From NCBI RefSeq assembly GCF_006345805.1, contig NC_042999.1:3038001-3102000 (forward strand): a stretch of 64,000 bases of DNA, written 5' to 3'. The stretch is from Octopus sinensis (lineage: Eukaryota). Under the pieces are notes generated by a model. It did no database searches. It had not been told where the DNA came from and saw only the letters and a list, made by a program, of their open reading frames with translations. The translations under genes were made by a program, and so were the position numbers. Below are positions 1-13,023 of this stretch, piece after piece; position 1 is the stretch's first letter, and every line of letters starts with the position of its first letter.

Positions 1-399
1 GCGTTTCTCTCAGCTTTTACATTCCGGTCGACTGCACCATTCATTCTTTGTGGGTAAGTAAGATTAGTACCAGTTGAGTATCTGAGAAGATGTAATAGAC
101 TTGGCCATTTACCTAGAGTACAACGGATTCTTATTATGTTTTGCTTTAATTTATGAGAATTACACCCAAGTCTCAACCACAGCCATCAAAGAACAAGATT
201 TTACATTTGAAACTGCTAAGAAGGAGCAAGTTGCCATGCGATTGAAAACACTGTCTGCAGGAGGAAGAGTTTTTTTTTTTCAAACTTTTAATCTGTGTGT
301 TTATCACAATCACTTGCTGAGACACACCAAGCATCCTGAGGTGAGTGAAGGATGTGAAGTTACAATTTGACTGAAAGCTTCATTATTATTATTATTATT

Positions 400-790
400 G
401 GTTGAGAGAGCAGCGCATGCTATTAAAGTGACACTGGGGTACAAGCCCAATATACCATCATGACTACCCTTTTGATAAGGACACATGCATTGCAACCATA
501 TGTGCATGACATGGTGATCTCATATCTAGGTAAATGGCACATGACCTTGCAGGTGGCGACCAGTTAGAATTCTCTTCAGATCGAGTAGCCAATCCTGCTC
601 AAAAGGTCCCTGAATAAGGCTTCTTTAAGGATGTTGAATGAAACACCAATGTTTAAAGAGGTGAATTATCCAAACCCCAAAGAATTCTTCTCAGCACATG
701 GCTATGATGTTCCCCAACTACTTCTGCTCGTGATCAGTTAAGATGAAAAACCATGAGAGTCAATGCCTGGTATTGCATCAGAGCATTATC
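400..790. repeat. Unclassified interspersed repeat (second copy at 20829-21195)
   Basis: About 390 bp starting TGAGAGAGCAG(C/T)GCATG recurs, diverged, at 20829; both copies follow (ATT)n. Confidence 0.7.
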
Positions 791-808
791 ATCATCATCA
801 TTTTCGTT

Positions 809-1207
809 AGGGTGGAGAGCTGGCAGAATCGTTAGCACACCAGGCGAAATGCTTAGCGGTATTTTGCCTGTTGCTACATTCTGAGTTCAAATTCCACCAA
901 GGTCGACTTTGTCTTTCATCCTTTTGGGGTCGATAAATTGAGTACCAGTTATGCACTGGGGTCGATATAATCGACTTAATCCGTTGTCTGTCTTTGTTTG
1001 TCCTCTCTGTGTTTAGCCCCTTGTGGGTAGTAAAGAAATAGGTATTTTGCCTGTTGCTATGTTACGAGTTCAAATTCCACTGAGGTTGACTTTGCTTTTC
1101 ATCCTTTCAGCATTGATAAATTAATTACCAGTGAAACCCTGGGGGTTGATGTAATCGACTAGTTCCCTCCTCCAAAATTTCAGGCTTTATGCATTGAGTA
1201 GACAGGA
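809..1207 (+). mobile_element. tRNA-derived SINE family A (Meta/MESC-domain-like, OR2-type), one full plus one partial copy
   Basis: Head GAGCTGGCAGAATCGTTAGC, B-box-like GAGTTCAAATTCC, core TTTCATCCTTT(C)GGGGTCGATAAATT(A)AGTACCAG. Dozens of copies in the window. Confidence 0.8.
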
Positions 1208-1214
1208 TTATTAT

Positions 1215-1450
1215 AACTAGACTATTTCTCAGAGATCTTGAGCTTATTTGCTCTGCTTAATTCCGTAAGATCAGAGTGCAACCTGTTGTCAATGGTCTCA
1301 CTGAGTCTCTTTCCACTTAGGTGTTGAGTATCATGGAAGATACCTAACACACCAGTACCAATCTCAAAATGCTTGCTGTTCCCAATACAGCAGTTTCTTG
1401 AGCATGTTCTACCCTACTGTCCTCAATAAAGCAGTATTTTGAGCATGTTG
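1215..1450 (-). mobile_element. 3' end of an RLE-type (Dong/R4-like) non-LTR retrotransposon, second subfamily
   Basis: Minus strand reads QETAVLGTASILR, the typical last motif of R4/Dong ORFs, followed by a putative 3' UTR. Confidence 0.45.
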
Positions 1451-1454
1451 TTGC

Positions 1455-1456
<2 letters not shown>

Positions 1457-1500
<44 letters not shown>

Positions 1501-1843
1501 TAGTCTTAATTTTTTTTATGTGCTTTCACTTCACTACCGAGCGCAGCTCTGTGTGCCTTGGGTATGTGTTGTGGTTTGCTGTGATGCTCTTATTTTCACT
1601 GTATGAAAAGTGTTTTTACTTAGGATGTGTGCAGTGCCCAGTAGTGCTATTTTCTGTATGTTATATGTGTTTGTAAGTCCAGGTGCTTTTGTTATGTATT
1701 TGTCCGAATATTTTTTTATCATGCCTAATGCACCTACTATGATAGGAATTGTTTCTGTTTTTAGATTCCACATTCTGGTTACCTCTATTTGCAGTTCTTT
1801 GTATTTTGAAAGTTTCTCCATTTCTTTTAGAGAAACGTTGTCA
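1457..1843 (-). mobile_element. 5'-truncated Dong/R4-like LINE (RLE C-terminus, 3' UTR, (TAA)n tail)
   Basis: ORF 1534-1821: EKLSKYKELQIEVTRMWNLKTETIPIIVGALG...QKIALLGTAHIL; same family as 11845-12480. Confidence 0.85.
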
Positions 1844-2702
1844 ACTGTGACGCTGAGCTACAATTTTATTATTATTATTATTATCATCATCATCAGCTGT
1901 ATTATTATTATTATTATTTTAACCACCAAGTCCCATTTTTTATTCATAGGATATTTTTACATTTTTATATTTATTCATCTTCACCTCTCATCTCCACACA
2001 CATCGTCATGTCTACGATATATTTTATTAGTTTTTTTTTTCTCAATTTTTTTTTTCCTTTATGATTAGATTTATTGATTATTGATTATTCATCCTCATAT
2101 TCATATATTTTCTCATAGATTTAGTTTTTATTATTTACATTCACACCTGTCTATCAATATACATATATTGGTTTTATCATTATTTTATTTTGTTGTTATT
2201 AATTATTATTTTTATCATCATTATTATTATTATTGAGTAAAGCATACCCTTAATGTGATGCTGAGCTACAATTATAATTATTATTACTGTTGTTGTTGTT
2301 ATTATTATTATTTTTGTTGTTGTTATTATTATTATTTTTGTTGTTGTTGTTGTTGTTATTATCGTCGTCATCATCATTATTTTACCCACTTCTTTTATCA
2401 GGTCTCTTCTTCAATCCCACCTGTCATCACCACAGCTGGCTGCAAAATGCCTCAGCTCATCTTCATTAATTATCCATCACCTACCAAACAATACACCATT
2501 CCTCAAGGTCAGCCCCTCTATGACCTCTATATATTTCCAACTTTCATAGAATGTTTCTTCTTTTCCTATCACTTTCTCTTTCTCCCCCATCCTCCAATTG
2601 AAATGATGATCAATAGAATCACTTAGCCTCTTCCAATTAAAATTCACATCAAGCATTCACACTAAACAATCATTAAAAGATAAAATATTCATAAAACTCC
2701 AT

Positions 2703-3581
2703 CATACACACACACACACACATGCATGCACATGCACACACATCCAGAAATCAAAGCTACCCTACCAGTAATGATCAAAGAAAATCCCAGCATGCAGTCT
2801 TTGCAAACACTTCCTCTAATCCAAAGCTCTCTGTTGCTGAATTTATATCCAGGGTTAGTAACATGTTTATTTATTTACATGTTCATCTTTAAAACATGGG
2901 TTTTTTTGTAGGTAATTTGCTTTTTCTACAAGGACTGAGCAAATGGACCTACTATTTTTAAACATCAAGCACGGTATAACCAGTCACCCGAGAAAACAGA
3001 GACGTGATACTAAGCACAGCACGAATAAAGAACTGAATATGTCATCACGATCGTCATCATATCAGCTTGATTGTTAACATCGTTGTAACATCAACTTTCC
3101 TACACTTTTGTAGATCAGACGGGATTCGTTCAGGCAGATTTTCCACTAACGGATGCTTTTCCTGTTGCCAGACTATTACCTGTTTCCAAGCAGGTAATAT
3201 CTCCTCGTGGCTGGACCTGTTTTTCACAGGAGACTAATGACAAATGAAATCACTCGTGTGCTGATGAAACTTGTTTACAACCATCATGTGACGTCATGAC
3301 AAGGAGACACACACACAAATGCACCTTTATATACATGCATACATTCGTGTGTATGTGTATGGCCGTGTGGTTAGGGAGCTTGCTTCCTAGCTACATGGTT
3401 TTGGGTTCAGTCCCACCACCTGGCATTTTGGGCAAGTGTCTTCTGCTATAGCCCAGGGCCAACTGAAGCTTTGTGATTGAATTTGGTAGGTGGAGTTACT
3501 GCTGCCGTGTGTGTAGGTGCCTATCCAAGAGAGCGAGAGGATATATATTATCTATTATGTATATATATATCTATGTATGTA

Positions 3582-3625
<44 letters not shown>

Positions 3626-4470
3626 TACACACATGCATGCACATGCACACACATCCAGAAATCAAAGCTACCCTACCAGTAATGATCAAAGAAAATCCCA
3701 GCATGCAGTCTTTGCAAACACTTCCTCTAATCCAAAGCTCTCTGTTGCTGAATTTATATCCAGGGTTAGTAACATGTTTATTTATTTACATGTTCATCTT
3801 TAAAACATGGGTTTTTTTGTAGGTAATTTGCTTTTTCTACAAGGACTGAGCAAATGGACCTACTATTTTATAAACATCAAGCACGGTATAACCAGTCACC
3901 CGAGAAAACAGAGACGTGATACTAAGCAGCAGCACGAATAAAGAAACTGAATATGTCATCACGATCGTCATCATTATCAGCTTGATTATTAACATCGTTG
4001 TAACATCAACTTTCCTACACTTTTGTAGATCAGAGGGGATTCGTTCAGGCAGATTTTCCACTAACGGATGCTTTTCCTGTTGCCAGACTATTACCTGTTT
4101 CCAAGCAAGGTAATATCTCCTCGTGGCTGGACCTGTTTTTCACAGGAGACTAATGACAAATGAAATCACTCGTGTGCTGATGAAACTTGTTTACAACCAT
4201 CATGTGACGTCATGACAAGGAGACACACACACAAATGCACCTTTATATACATGCATACATTCTTGTGTATGTGTATGGCCGTGTGGTTAAGGAGCTTGCT
4301 TCCTAGCTACATGGTTTTGGGTTCAGTCCCACCACCTGGCATTTTGGGCAAGTGTCTTCTGCTATAGCCCCGGGCCAACTGAAGCTTTGTGATTGAATTT
4401 GGTAGGTGGAAGTTACTGCCGTGTGTGTAGGTGCCTATCCAAGAGAGCGAGAGGGATATATGTATCTATG
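2703..4470. repeat. Near-identical tandem duplication of about 0.9 kb (2703-3560 and 3614-4470)
   Basis: CATCCAGAAATCAAAGCTACC at 2741 and 3652 (offset 911); differences are mostly 1-2 bp indels. Each copy contains a SINE family B head. Confidence 0.95.
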
Positions 4471-4675
4471 TATGTATATATATATGTATGTATATATATA
4501 TGTATGTATATAATATTTATGTATATATGTATGTATGTATTATATATGTATGTATATATATATGATGTATATATATATGATATATGTATGTATATATATA
4601 TATATTGTATGTATATATATATAATGTATGTATATATATATATTATATATGTATGTATATTATATATATGCATGT

Positions 4676-4775
4676 NNNNNNNNNNNNNNNNNNNNNNNNN
4701 NNNNNNNNNNNNNNNNNNNNNNNNNNNNNNNNNNNNNNNNNNNNNNNNNNNNNNNNNNNNNNNNNNNNNNNNNNN
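4676..4775. other. Assembly gap (100 N) within TA-rich microsatellite
   Basis: Exactly 100 N. Confidence 1.
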
Positions 4776-4824
4776 ATATATATATATATATATAATGCAT
4801 GTATATATAATTATATATATATAC

Positions 4825-7027
4825 ATCTCCACCAACCATAAAACATCTTGGCAGATCTTTGTAGACAACCGTCACAGACATATGTGCAAATCACTCCCCA
4901 CCAAGACCTGTGAACAAAAAGTGCAGAATCCCCGAAAACAGAAAAACCATTATCAGAAAAATAAAAAGAACAAACAAAAAATTAACAAACTAAAGTACTG
5001 CCAACAGCAACACACACATTCGACGGCTATCGCACTGCTTGAATCCAAAAATATAACCTCCAACAATGCATGAAGACCCTCATCAATAACCAAGATCAGC
5101 TGAGGAGATGTGGGCCATTGAAAAAATCAAACTCAACCCCAAAGTGTTCTTTTCATTTGCGAGGAAACGCAGGGTCACTGTCTCCACTGTAGGCCCTCTA
5201 ATTGACGAAACTGGCACTCTCCAAGATAATGCCAAATCCATGGCCGAGATACTGCAGAAACAATACTGCTCTGTTTTCAGCAATCCTGATATGGCCGATC
5301 TGGCTGTATCAGTGATGTCAACCCCCAACACACTATATCGGACATAACGTTTAGTGCCCCTGATGTCTTAGCGGCGATAAACGAAATAAAACCAATTCAG
5401 CAGTAGGCCCCGATAGGTTCCCTGCTTGTGTCCTGAAGGTGTGTCGACACCAACTTGCATCTCCCCTTGCTAATCTGTGGAGAAACTCACTGGATGCTGG
5501 CTATATTCCAAAAAACCTTCTGTCCCAGTCTGTCGTCCCAGTTTTCAAAAAGGGAAACAAGTCCCTTGCAGTGAATTACCGTCCGATCTCACTCACCTCT
5601 CATATCATCAAGGTATTTGAGAGGGTGGTGAGATCTCGAATAACCCAATTTCTGGAAAGCAACAGACGGCTGATCTCCAACCAACATGGGTTCCGTAATG
5701 GAAGGGACTGCCTAACGCAGCTCCTGCATCACTTTGAGGACATTTTGAGAGCTTTGGGAGAGGGCTCCAACACCGATGTCATCTACCTTGATTTCAGTAA
5801 GGCCTTCGACAGGGTCGATCACAAGATCCTATTGAAAAAACTATCCAACATTGGTGTCTCTGGAAAGTTACTGAAATGGATTAAGTGTTTCCTGACAGAC
5901 AGATCTCAACATGTTGTAGTTGAAGGGGTAAAATCAAGCCCAGCCAAAGTCAGTAGTGGCGTTCCGCAAGGCACTGTGCTGGGCCACTTCTTTTCATCAT
6001 TTACATTAATGACATTAATGACATCATCAAGCACAGCAACATAAAAATCTTTGCTGATGACTCCAAGCTACAGAAGGTCATAAATGAGGCGAGTGACCGG
6101 ACATGCCTTCAGTCAGATCTACTGGCTGTTATCCAATGGGCAGAAAAAAACATATGCTGCTGAACGAGGATAAATTGAGAGCTAATCCACTTTGGAAAAG
6201 AGGATGCCCTGAAACTCCCATACTCCCTTCCTTCAGGTGAAACTCTCGCGGCGTCCAACAACATCAGAGACTTGGGAGTAATTGTGGACAACAACGTAAG
6301 CTGGGCCACTCATATAAACACCAAAGTTGACATGGCCCACAGAATGTGTTCCTGGATTCTCAGAACTTTCCAGTCGAGAGATATCCACACCATTATCCTT
6401 CTCTTCTCCACTTTTGCCCGACCCCACCTTGAATACTGTTGTCCACTGTGGTCTCCCCACACAATACAAGGTATCATAAAAGTTGAAGCACCTCAAAGGG
6501 CAATCACAAAAAAGATAGATGGCATGACAGGCCTCGACTATTGGGGTCGACTAGAAAAGCTAAAACTCTATCTCTCCAACGTCGTCGTGAGCGCTACATC
6601 ACATCTGCATGATGTGGAAAATATTCCATCAGCATTGCCCAAATGATGTTGGCATCACCTTTAAGGTACATCCAAGGCTTGGGCCCCGTGCCATCCGCCC
6701 AAACAAAAATCGCACTCTCATCTCATAACAACAATACGGCACAATTATTTCACCTCAATTGGCCCCGCTCTCTTTAACATTACACCAAAACACATTAACA
6801 CAGAAACTGACCCTATAGGGTTCAGAAGTCTTTGGACAGATTCCTTCAAGAAATCCCGGATAAACCCCCTACACCCGGATATATCTCTGTAACCAATAAC
6901 TCTCTACTTGAGTGGGCCATAGTGCCCAATTCTGACTTGAAAGACTTCACCAGGTGGTGCTATTAAGTTAGACATGGCCTGGGCCAATAATGGCCGAAAC
7001 CTATCAAAGTATCAAAGTATCAAAGTA
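4825..7027 (+). mobile_element. 5'-truncated CR1/L2-group LINE with (TATCAAAG)n tail
   Basis: RT motifs YRPISLTS, QHGFR, YLDFSKAFD, GVPQGTVLG, FADD (about 6050) and PHLEYCCPLWSP; three 8-nt tail repeats at about 7002-7027; TA arrays on both sides. Confidence 0.95.
5108..6985 (+). pseudogene. Frameshifted reverse transcriptase ORF2 remnant
   Basis: Split across ORFs 5108-5347, 5439-6044 and 6272-6646 plus a C-terminal piece ending GGAIKL. Confidence 0.9.
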
Positions 7028-7104
7028 TATATATATATTATATATGCATGTATATATAATTATATATATATATATATATATATATAATAATATGCATGTA
7101 TATA

Positions 7105-7144
<40 letters not shown>

Positions 7145-7244
7145 TGTATTATAATATTATATATATATATATATATATATGCATGTATATATAATATTAT
7201 ATATATATATATATGCATGTATATATAATTATTATAATATATAT

Positions 7245-7290
<46 letters not shown>

Positions 7291-7312
7291 ATATGCATGT
7301 ATATATGTATAT
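7028..7312. repeat. (TA)n minisatellite punctuated by GCATG
   Basis: Recurring TATATGCATGTATATATAATT units; the same unit occurs at 4790-4822 on the other side of the LINE. Confidence 0.9.
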
Positions 7313-8104
7313 AAAACCAGAAAAAAGAAAAATGGGAGATGAAAAGCAGCTCAGCAAAAGAGACCATAGAATAATTATTACACTTACAAAGAATAAGTCC
7401 TGGGGGCGATTTGCTTGACTAAAAGCAGTGCCCCAGCATGGCCGCAGTCAAATGACTGAAACAAGTAAAAGAATAAAAAAATCTACAAATATATGCTTAT
7501 ATTTACATATACGTATATGTGTATGTATGGATATGAAAAATATATATATATGTGTGGTGGTGAGGGGTGCATTTCATAACATCAATGAATATCAAGTTTT
7601 AACATTGTTGTTATAACAAGTTTTCGTCTTTCTGCTTTTCGGCCCTACTAAAACTTTCATTACAAAATATAGGAACCATAGAAGTACTAATGTAGTCGTT
7701 CATTTATTTATACGATACTTTGCTCTTCTGTTTTCGCCTGTGATATTGTTGACATTTAGTTTGCATAATGTTTGAACGCAAGTATCATAGCAAATTTGTA
7801 CCCTGTCAGAATGAACAAATATTTTCTCAGGGAATTTAAACACTCTTTCATCTTTTTTTTTTTTTAGTGCCCTTTAAATGTATACATTTAAGAACGAAAT
7901 GTTGCCTCCTTCATCTTCTCAAAACTAATGCTTTCTAAATATTCTGTTATTTTGTTGTGATGTTGGGGTAACAAGCACTTTTCATAAAATCATAATTATG
8001 ATCACTATAGGCATTGGTTGAGGTTATGTCAGCTAAGTATGGTTTCCAGTGCATTCATTTCATCAGATCTTCTGTTTGTTTCTTCTAATAAATTTTTTAA
8101 GTTG

Positions 8105-8387
8105 ATCATCATCATCATCGTTTAACATCCGCTTTCCATGCTGGCATGGGTTGGACGGTTTGACTGAAGACTGGTGAGCCAGATGGCTGCACCAGGCTCC
8201 AATCTGATCTGGCAAAGTTTCTACAGCTGGGTGCCCTTCCTGATGCCACCCACTCCGAGAATGTAATGGGTGCTTTTTACGTGCCACTGGTACAAAGGCC
8301 AGTCAGGCAGTTCTGGTAACGACCACGCTGAAAAAGTGTTTTTACGTGTTACACCTGCACAGGAGCCAGTCCAGCAGCACTGGCAAT

Positions 8388-8388
<1 letters not shown>
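8105..8388 (-). mobile_element. SINE-like family C (putative RTE-related 3' part, (GAT)n tail)
   Basis: Reverse complement of GTTGGCGTTAGGAAGGGCATCCAGCTGTAGAAAC...CATGCCAGCATGGAAAGCGGA(C/T)GTTAAACGATGATGAT; more than 12 copies in the window. Confidence 0.75.
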
Positions 8389-8436
<48 letters not shown>

Positions 8437-8706
8437 CTCTCTCTTCGGAGAGGCACTGAGCAGCTAACGCACACATACACACACGGCAGTTATCTTCACC
8501 TAACCGAATTCAATCACAAAGCTCCGTCAGCTTGGGGCTATAGTGGAAGACACCTACCCAAAGTGCCACGCAGTGGGACTGAACCCGAAACCATGTAGCT
8601 AGGAAGCAAGCTCCCTAACCACACAGCCATGCCCATATATATTGGTAAAAACGGTAAGATAACAAAAGAAAGAAAGAGACCTCAATATTATGTAAATAGA
8701 GCAAAA

Positions 8707-8737
<31 letters not shown>

Positions 8738-9026
8738 GTGTGTGTGTGTTTATATGTGTGTGTGTGTGTTTATATTGATATATATATATATATATATAAG
8801 AAATGATAGAGACAGAAAGTGATTGGTGTTAGGATGGGTTTCCAGCCATAGAGACCATCCACCCTCAGTAGACAGTCGGAGCTTGATGTAGTTCCACAGT
8901 CGGATCATGTCAGACTATTCAATTCTCATCAGCATGGAAAAACAGACACCACATCATGATGATGATTATGATGATGGTGATGACAATGGTGATGTTGATG
9001 ATACGGTCTGCTCAATGAGGACTTGC

Positions 9027-9087
9027 CTGGGACTTGAAGAAACACCACCACCACCAACCACAGCATGGTCCTTTTGGGAAAACGTCC
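9027..9087 (-). CDS. Candidate 61-nt exon with a start codon and hydrophobic signal-peptide-like start (MLWLVVVVFLQVP-G)
   Basis: Long polypyrimidine tract then TTGTTTCAG acceptor; ACCATG at 9066-9064; CAG|GCAAGT GC-type donor in phase 1. No partner exons found. Confidence 0.35.
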
Positions 9088-9931
9088 CTGAAACAACAGT
9101 TGCAATGTAATCACAAAGAAAAATGGAGAAAACAAAACGAGAGAAAGAAAGAAAAGGTTTGAGATGTTAAACTGAGGCTTGAAGATAATCGATCGGGAAA
9201 ATAAGGAGATCAATGAAATTCAATGGCAAAAATTGTGAAGGAATGTTTCTGATTATCTAGAGAATGCTGCCATCTATTGGTTAAATGTCTGCTACACCGA
9301 CAACCGAGAAATCTCCAAGAGTGAGGAATATAGGGAATTTTGGCTACGATGAAATGAATGAAAATATTCCCCTTGAATGGAGATTTATTTGTTTAACAAT
9401 TTTTTTGTTGTTATTGTTGCACTGATAAATTTATTGCTGTGTTGCTTTTGTTGTTGTTGACATTCTTGCATTGCAACATTTGTTTTTGTTGTTGTTGCAG
9501 TTATTGTCTCATTCAAATGTTCTCTCGGTTTTCTGTATTCATTTAATAGTTTCTGTTTTTGTTGTCGCTTCTGTTATTTTTGTTGTTTTGTTGTTATATT
9601 TTTGTTGTTGTTTTTGTTTGCCATGTGATTGTTGTTGTTGTTCATGTTGTTGTATTCCTTCTATTTTCTCTGTTTGTTTAGCAGTTGCTGTCTTTAATGT
9701 TACCGATGTTATTCTTGTTGTTTGTGTTGCTATTGTAGATACTGTTGTTGTTATGATTGTTCTGCTCCCTTTATATATTCTATATTTTATTTTTCTATCA
9801 TTTTTTACAAAAATCCCTTTTCATAAATGATTTCATTTCTGTGGTTATTCTTGGTGCCATGTAAATTGGGAGATATGTTGAACGCAAGTCTTCATATGCA
9901 GAACAAATTCCAATGTATGTATATGTGTATA

Positions 9932-10378
9932 AGGCAGCGATCTGGGAGAAATATTAGCACACCGGGTGAAATGCTTAGAGGTATTTCGTTTGTCTTTATG
10001 CTCTGAGTTCAAATTCTGCTGAGGTTGACTTTGCTTTTCATCCTTTCGGAGTCGATAAATTAAATATCAGTTGTGTACTGGGGTCAATCTAATCGGCTGG
10101 CCCCCTCCCCAAAAATTTTGGGCCTTGTGCCTAGAGTAGAAAAGAATATTGGAGTATCGAAAAGGACAGCAGGCTGGCAGAAATGTTAGCATGCCGGGCG
10201 AAATGCTTAGCGGTATTTCGTCTGTCTTTACGTTCTGAGTTCAAATTCCGCTGATGTCAACTTTGCCTTTCATCCTTTTGAGGGTCAATAAATTAAGTAC
10301 CAGTTGTGTACTGGGGTCAATCTAATTGACTGGTCCCTTCCCCCAAAATTTTGAGCCTTGGTACTGAGAATAGAAAAA
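9932..10378 (+). mobile_element. Two tandem SINE family A copies
   Basis: Two head/core/tail units ending CCTAGAGTAGAAAAG and GAGAATAGAAAA. Confidence 0.8.
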
Positions 10379-10764
10379 ATATATATATCATCATCATCAT
10401 CGATTAACATCCATTTTCCATGCTGGCATGGGTTTGACGGTTTGACTGAGGTTGGGAGAGCCAGCGGTTGTACCAGGCTCAAATCTGGCCTGGCAGAGCT
10501 TCTACAGCTGGATGTCCTTCCTAATGCCAACCACTCCAAGAGTGTAGTGGGTGCTTTTTACATGCCACCAGCACAGGGTCCAGTAAGGCAGTATGTGAAT
10601 GAAAGAGTGGTGTGAGGAAGGGGAGACTGGCTGACTGGAGGGATAAGATTGTTGGACAGATGAATGGATGGAATCTATAATGAACTTCAATAAAATAAGC
10701 AGCAACTATGACAGCAACAACAATAAAAACAACTTCGAACACAATAATAATAATAATAATAATT

Positions 10765-11822
10765 TTTTCTACTATAAGCACAAGGCCTGGATTTTGAGGG
10801 GAGGGAGGACCACTCGATCACTTCGACCCCAGTACGTAACTGGTATTTAATTTTATCAACCATGAAAGGATGAAAGGCAAAGTCGACCTCAGCAGAATTT
10901 AAACTCAGAATGTAAAGACAGATAAAATGCCACTAAGTCTTCCTTTCTACTCTTGGCAGAAAGCCTGAAATTTTTGTGGAGGGGACTTGTTGATTAGATC
11001 AACCCCAGTATGCAACTGGTACTGAATTTATTGACACTGAAAGGATAAATGGCAAAGTTGACTTCGGTGGAATTTGAACTCAGAACGTGATGACAGACAA
11101 AGTACCACTAAGCATTTTGCCCGGCTTGCTAACAATTCTGCCAGCTCGCTACCTCCAAATTATGATAATAATGGCTTCAAATTTTTTTTTTTGCACTTTA
11201 TCAGCAAGTTAAGGAAAGGAGTAAGTTGATTACATCAACCTCCAATGCTCAACTGGTACTTATTTTATTGACTTCAAAAGGATGAAAAGCAAAGTCGGCC
11301 TGGGTAGAATATGAACTCAGAAAGTAACGACGGATGAATTGTCGCTAAGTATTTTGTCAGATGCTCTAATGCTTCTACCAGCTCGCCACTCATAATAATA
11401 ATAATTTCTACTATAGGCACAAGGCTTGAAGTTTGGTGAGGGAGGGGACAAGTTGATTAGATCATCCCCAGTACTCAACTGGTACTTAATTTATCGACCC
11501 TGAAAGGATGAAAAACAAAGTCGACTTTGGTGGAATTTGAACTCAGAACATAGCTAAGCATTTTGCCTCGTATGCTTACAGTTCTGCCAGCTCACCTCCT
11601 TAATAATAATAGTAATAATAATGATGATGATGATGATAATCCTTTCTACTGGAAACAAGGCCTCAAATTTTGGGAAAGGGATTAAGTCAGTTACATCAAC
11701 CCCAGTGCATAACTGGTACTAATTTTATCGACCCCCAAAAGGTTGAAAGACAGTCGACCTTGTGCGGAATTTGAACTCAGAATGTAATGGCAGATGAAAT
11801 GCCACTAAGCATTTCATCCAGC
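10765..11822 (-). mobile_element. Head-to-tail array of about five SINE family A copies with (TAA)n linkers
   Basis: Repeated CTTTCTACT...ACTGGTACT...GGATGAAAGGCAAAGTCGAC...GAACTCAG units. Confidence 0.8.
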
Positions 11823-11844
11823 ATAATAGTAATAACAGCAGAAT

Positions 11845-12480
11845 ATGAGGTGGTGGGGAAGCTTGGCTAAGAAGGAATATATCCACAGATATGGCAGAGT
11901 TGGGACCTGCAGCTATACCAACACTATTGAATGACAACAGAAAAAAGATGTTATAGGCACATCCCAGAAAGGTCTCAGAAAATGACAAAGCAACCATACT
12001 CTGGGATATGCCAATACATACAGATTGAGAGATCAAGGCTAATATACCAGATATAGTTATCAGAGATCAAGAAAAAAATGCCTTCTAATTAATGTATCAA
12101 TACCAACATATGGCAATGTATCTCTAAAAGAAATGGAGAAACTCCCAAAATACAAAGATTTGGAAATAGAAGTAACCCAAATGAAGAACCTAAAAACAGA
12201 AGCAATCCCTATAATAATAATAATAATAATAAGTAGTATGATTAAAAACATTCTGACAAATACATAACCAAAACACCATGACTTACAAATTTATATAACA
12301 TACAGAAAATAGCACTACTAGGCACCACACACATCCTACATAAAATACTTTCAATACAGTAACCATAAGAGCATCACAGCAAACCACAGCACATACCCAA
12401 GGCACACAGAGCTGTGCTCAGTAGTGCAGTGAAAGCACGTGATGAAGATCAGACTGCTGAATAATAATAATAATAATAAT
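11845..12480 (+). mobile_element. 5'-truncated, degraded Dong/R4-like LINE with RLE domain
   Basis: ENDKATILWDMPIHTD.EIKAN(I)PDIVIRD and KEMEKLPKYKDLEIEVT read with frameshifts; shared 3' UTR; (TAA)n tail. Confidence 0.85.
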
Positions 12481-12975
12481 CCTTCTCTACTAAAGGCACA
12501 AGGCCTGAAATTTTGAGGGAGGAAGTAAGTTGATTACATCGGCCCTAGTATTCAGCTGGTACTTATTTTATCAACTCCGAAAGGATGAAAGTTAAAATCG
12601 ACCTTGGAATAATAATAATAATGATTATAATAATCCTTTCTACTAAAGGCACAAGGCCTGGAATTTTGGAGAGAGGGAACTAGTAGATTACATCGACCCC
12701 AGTGTATCACTGGTACTTATTTTATCAACCCCGAAAGGATGAAAGGCAAAATTGACCACGGAATGATAATCAAGATGATGATGATAATTTTGGAACAAGG
12801 CCAGCAATTTTGAAGGCAAAGAGTAAATGTTTCACAAATACGCTACTTTATTAATGCTGGAGAATGAAAGACAACTTTGACATCATCAGGGATTGAACTC
12901 AGTATATAAAGCATTGGAACAAATACCTAAAACAATTTTTTCCAGTGCTCCAATGATTCTGCCAGTTCAGTACAC
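12481..12975 (-). mobile_element. Three further SINE family A copies or fragments
   Basis: Same core, same orientation as 10765-11822. Confidence 0.7.
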
Positions 12976-12992
12976 CATAAAGCTAATAATGG

Positions 12993-13023
<31 letters not shown>

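Noticed and set aside
111-262. Minus-strand segment with good acceptor and donor
   Set aside because: Stops in all three frames; the MAVVETW stretch hints at a decayed LINE endonuclease instead.
1846-2273. 20-bp TGTGA(C/T)GCTGAGCTACAATT repeated at 1846 and 2254
   Set aside because: Real, but on the same side of the LINE so not a TSD; probably microsatellite-associated local duplication.
9266-9282. GCCATCTATTGG CTCF-like motif and scattered TGATTGAC/TTTATTG homeodomain-type sites
   Set aside because: Short motifs expected by chance; no conservation data.
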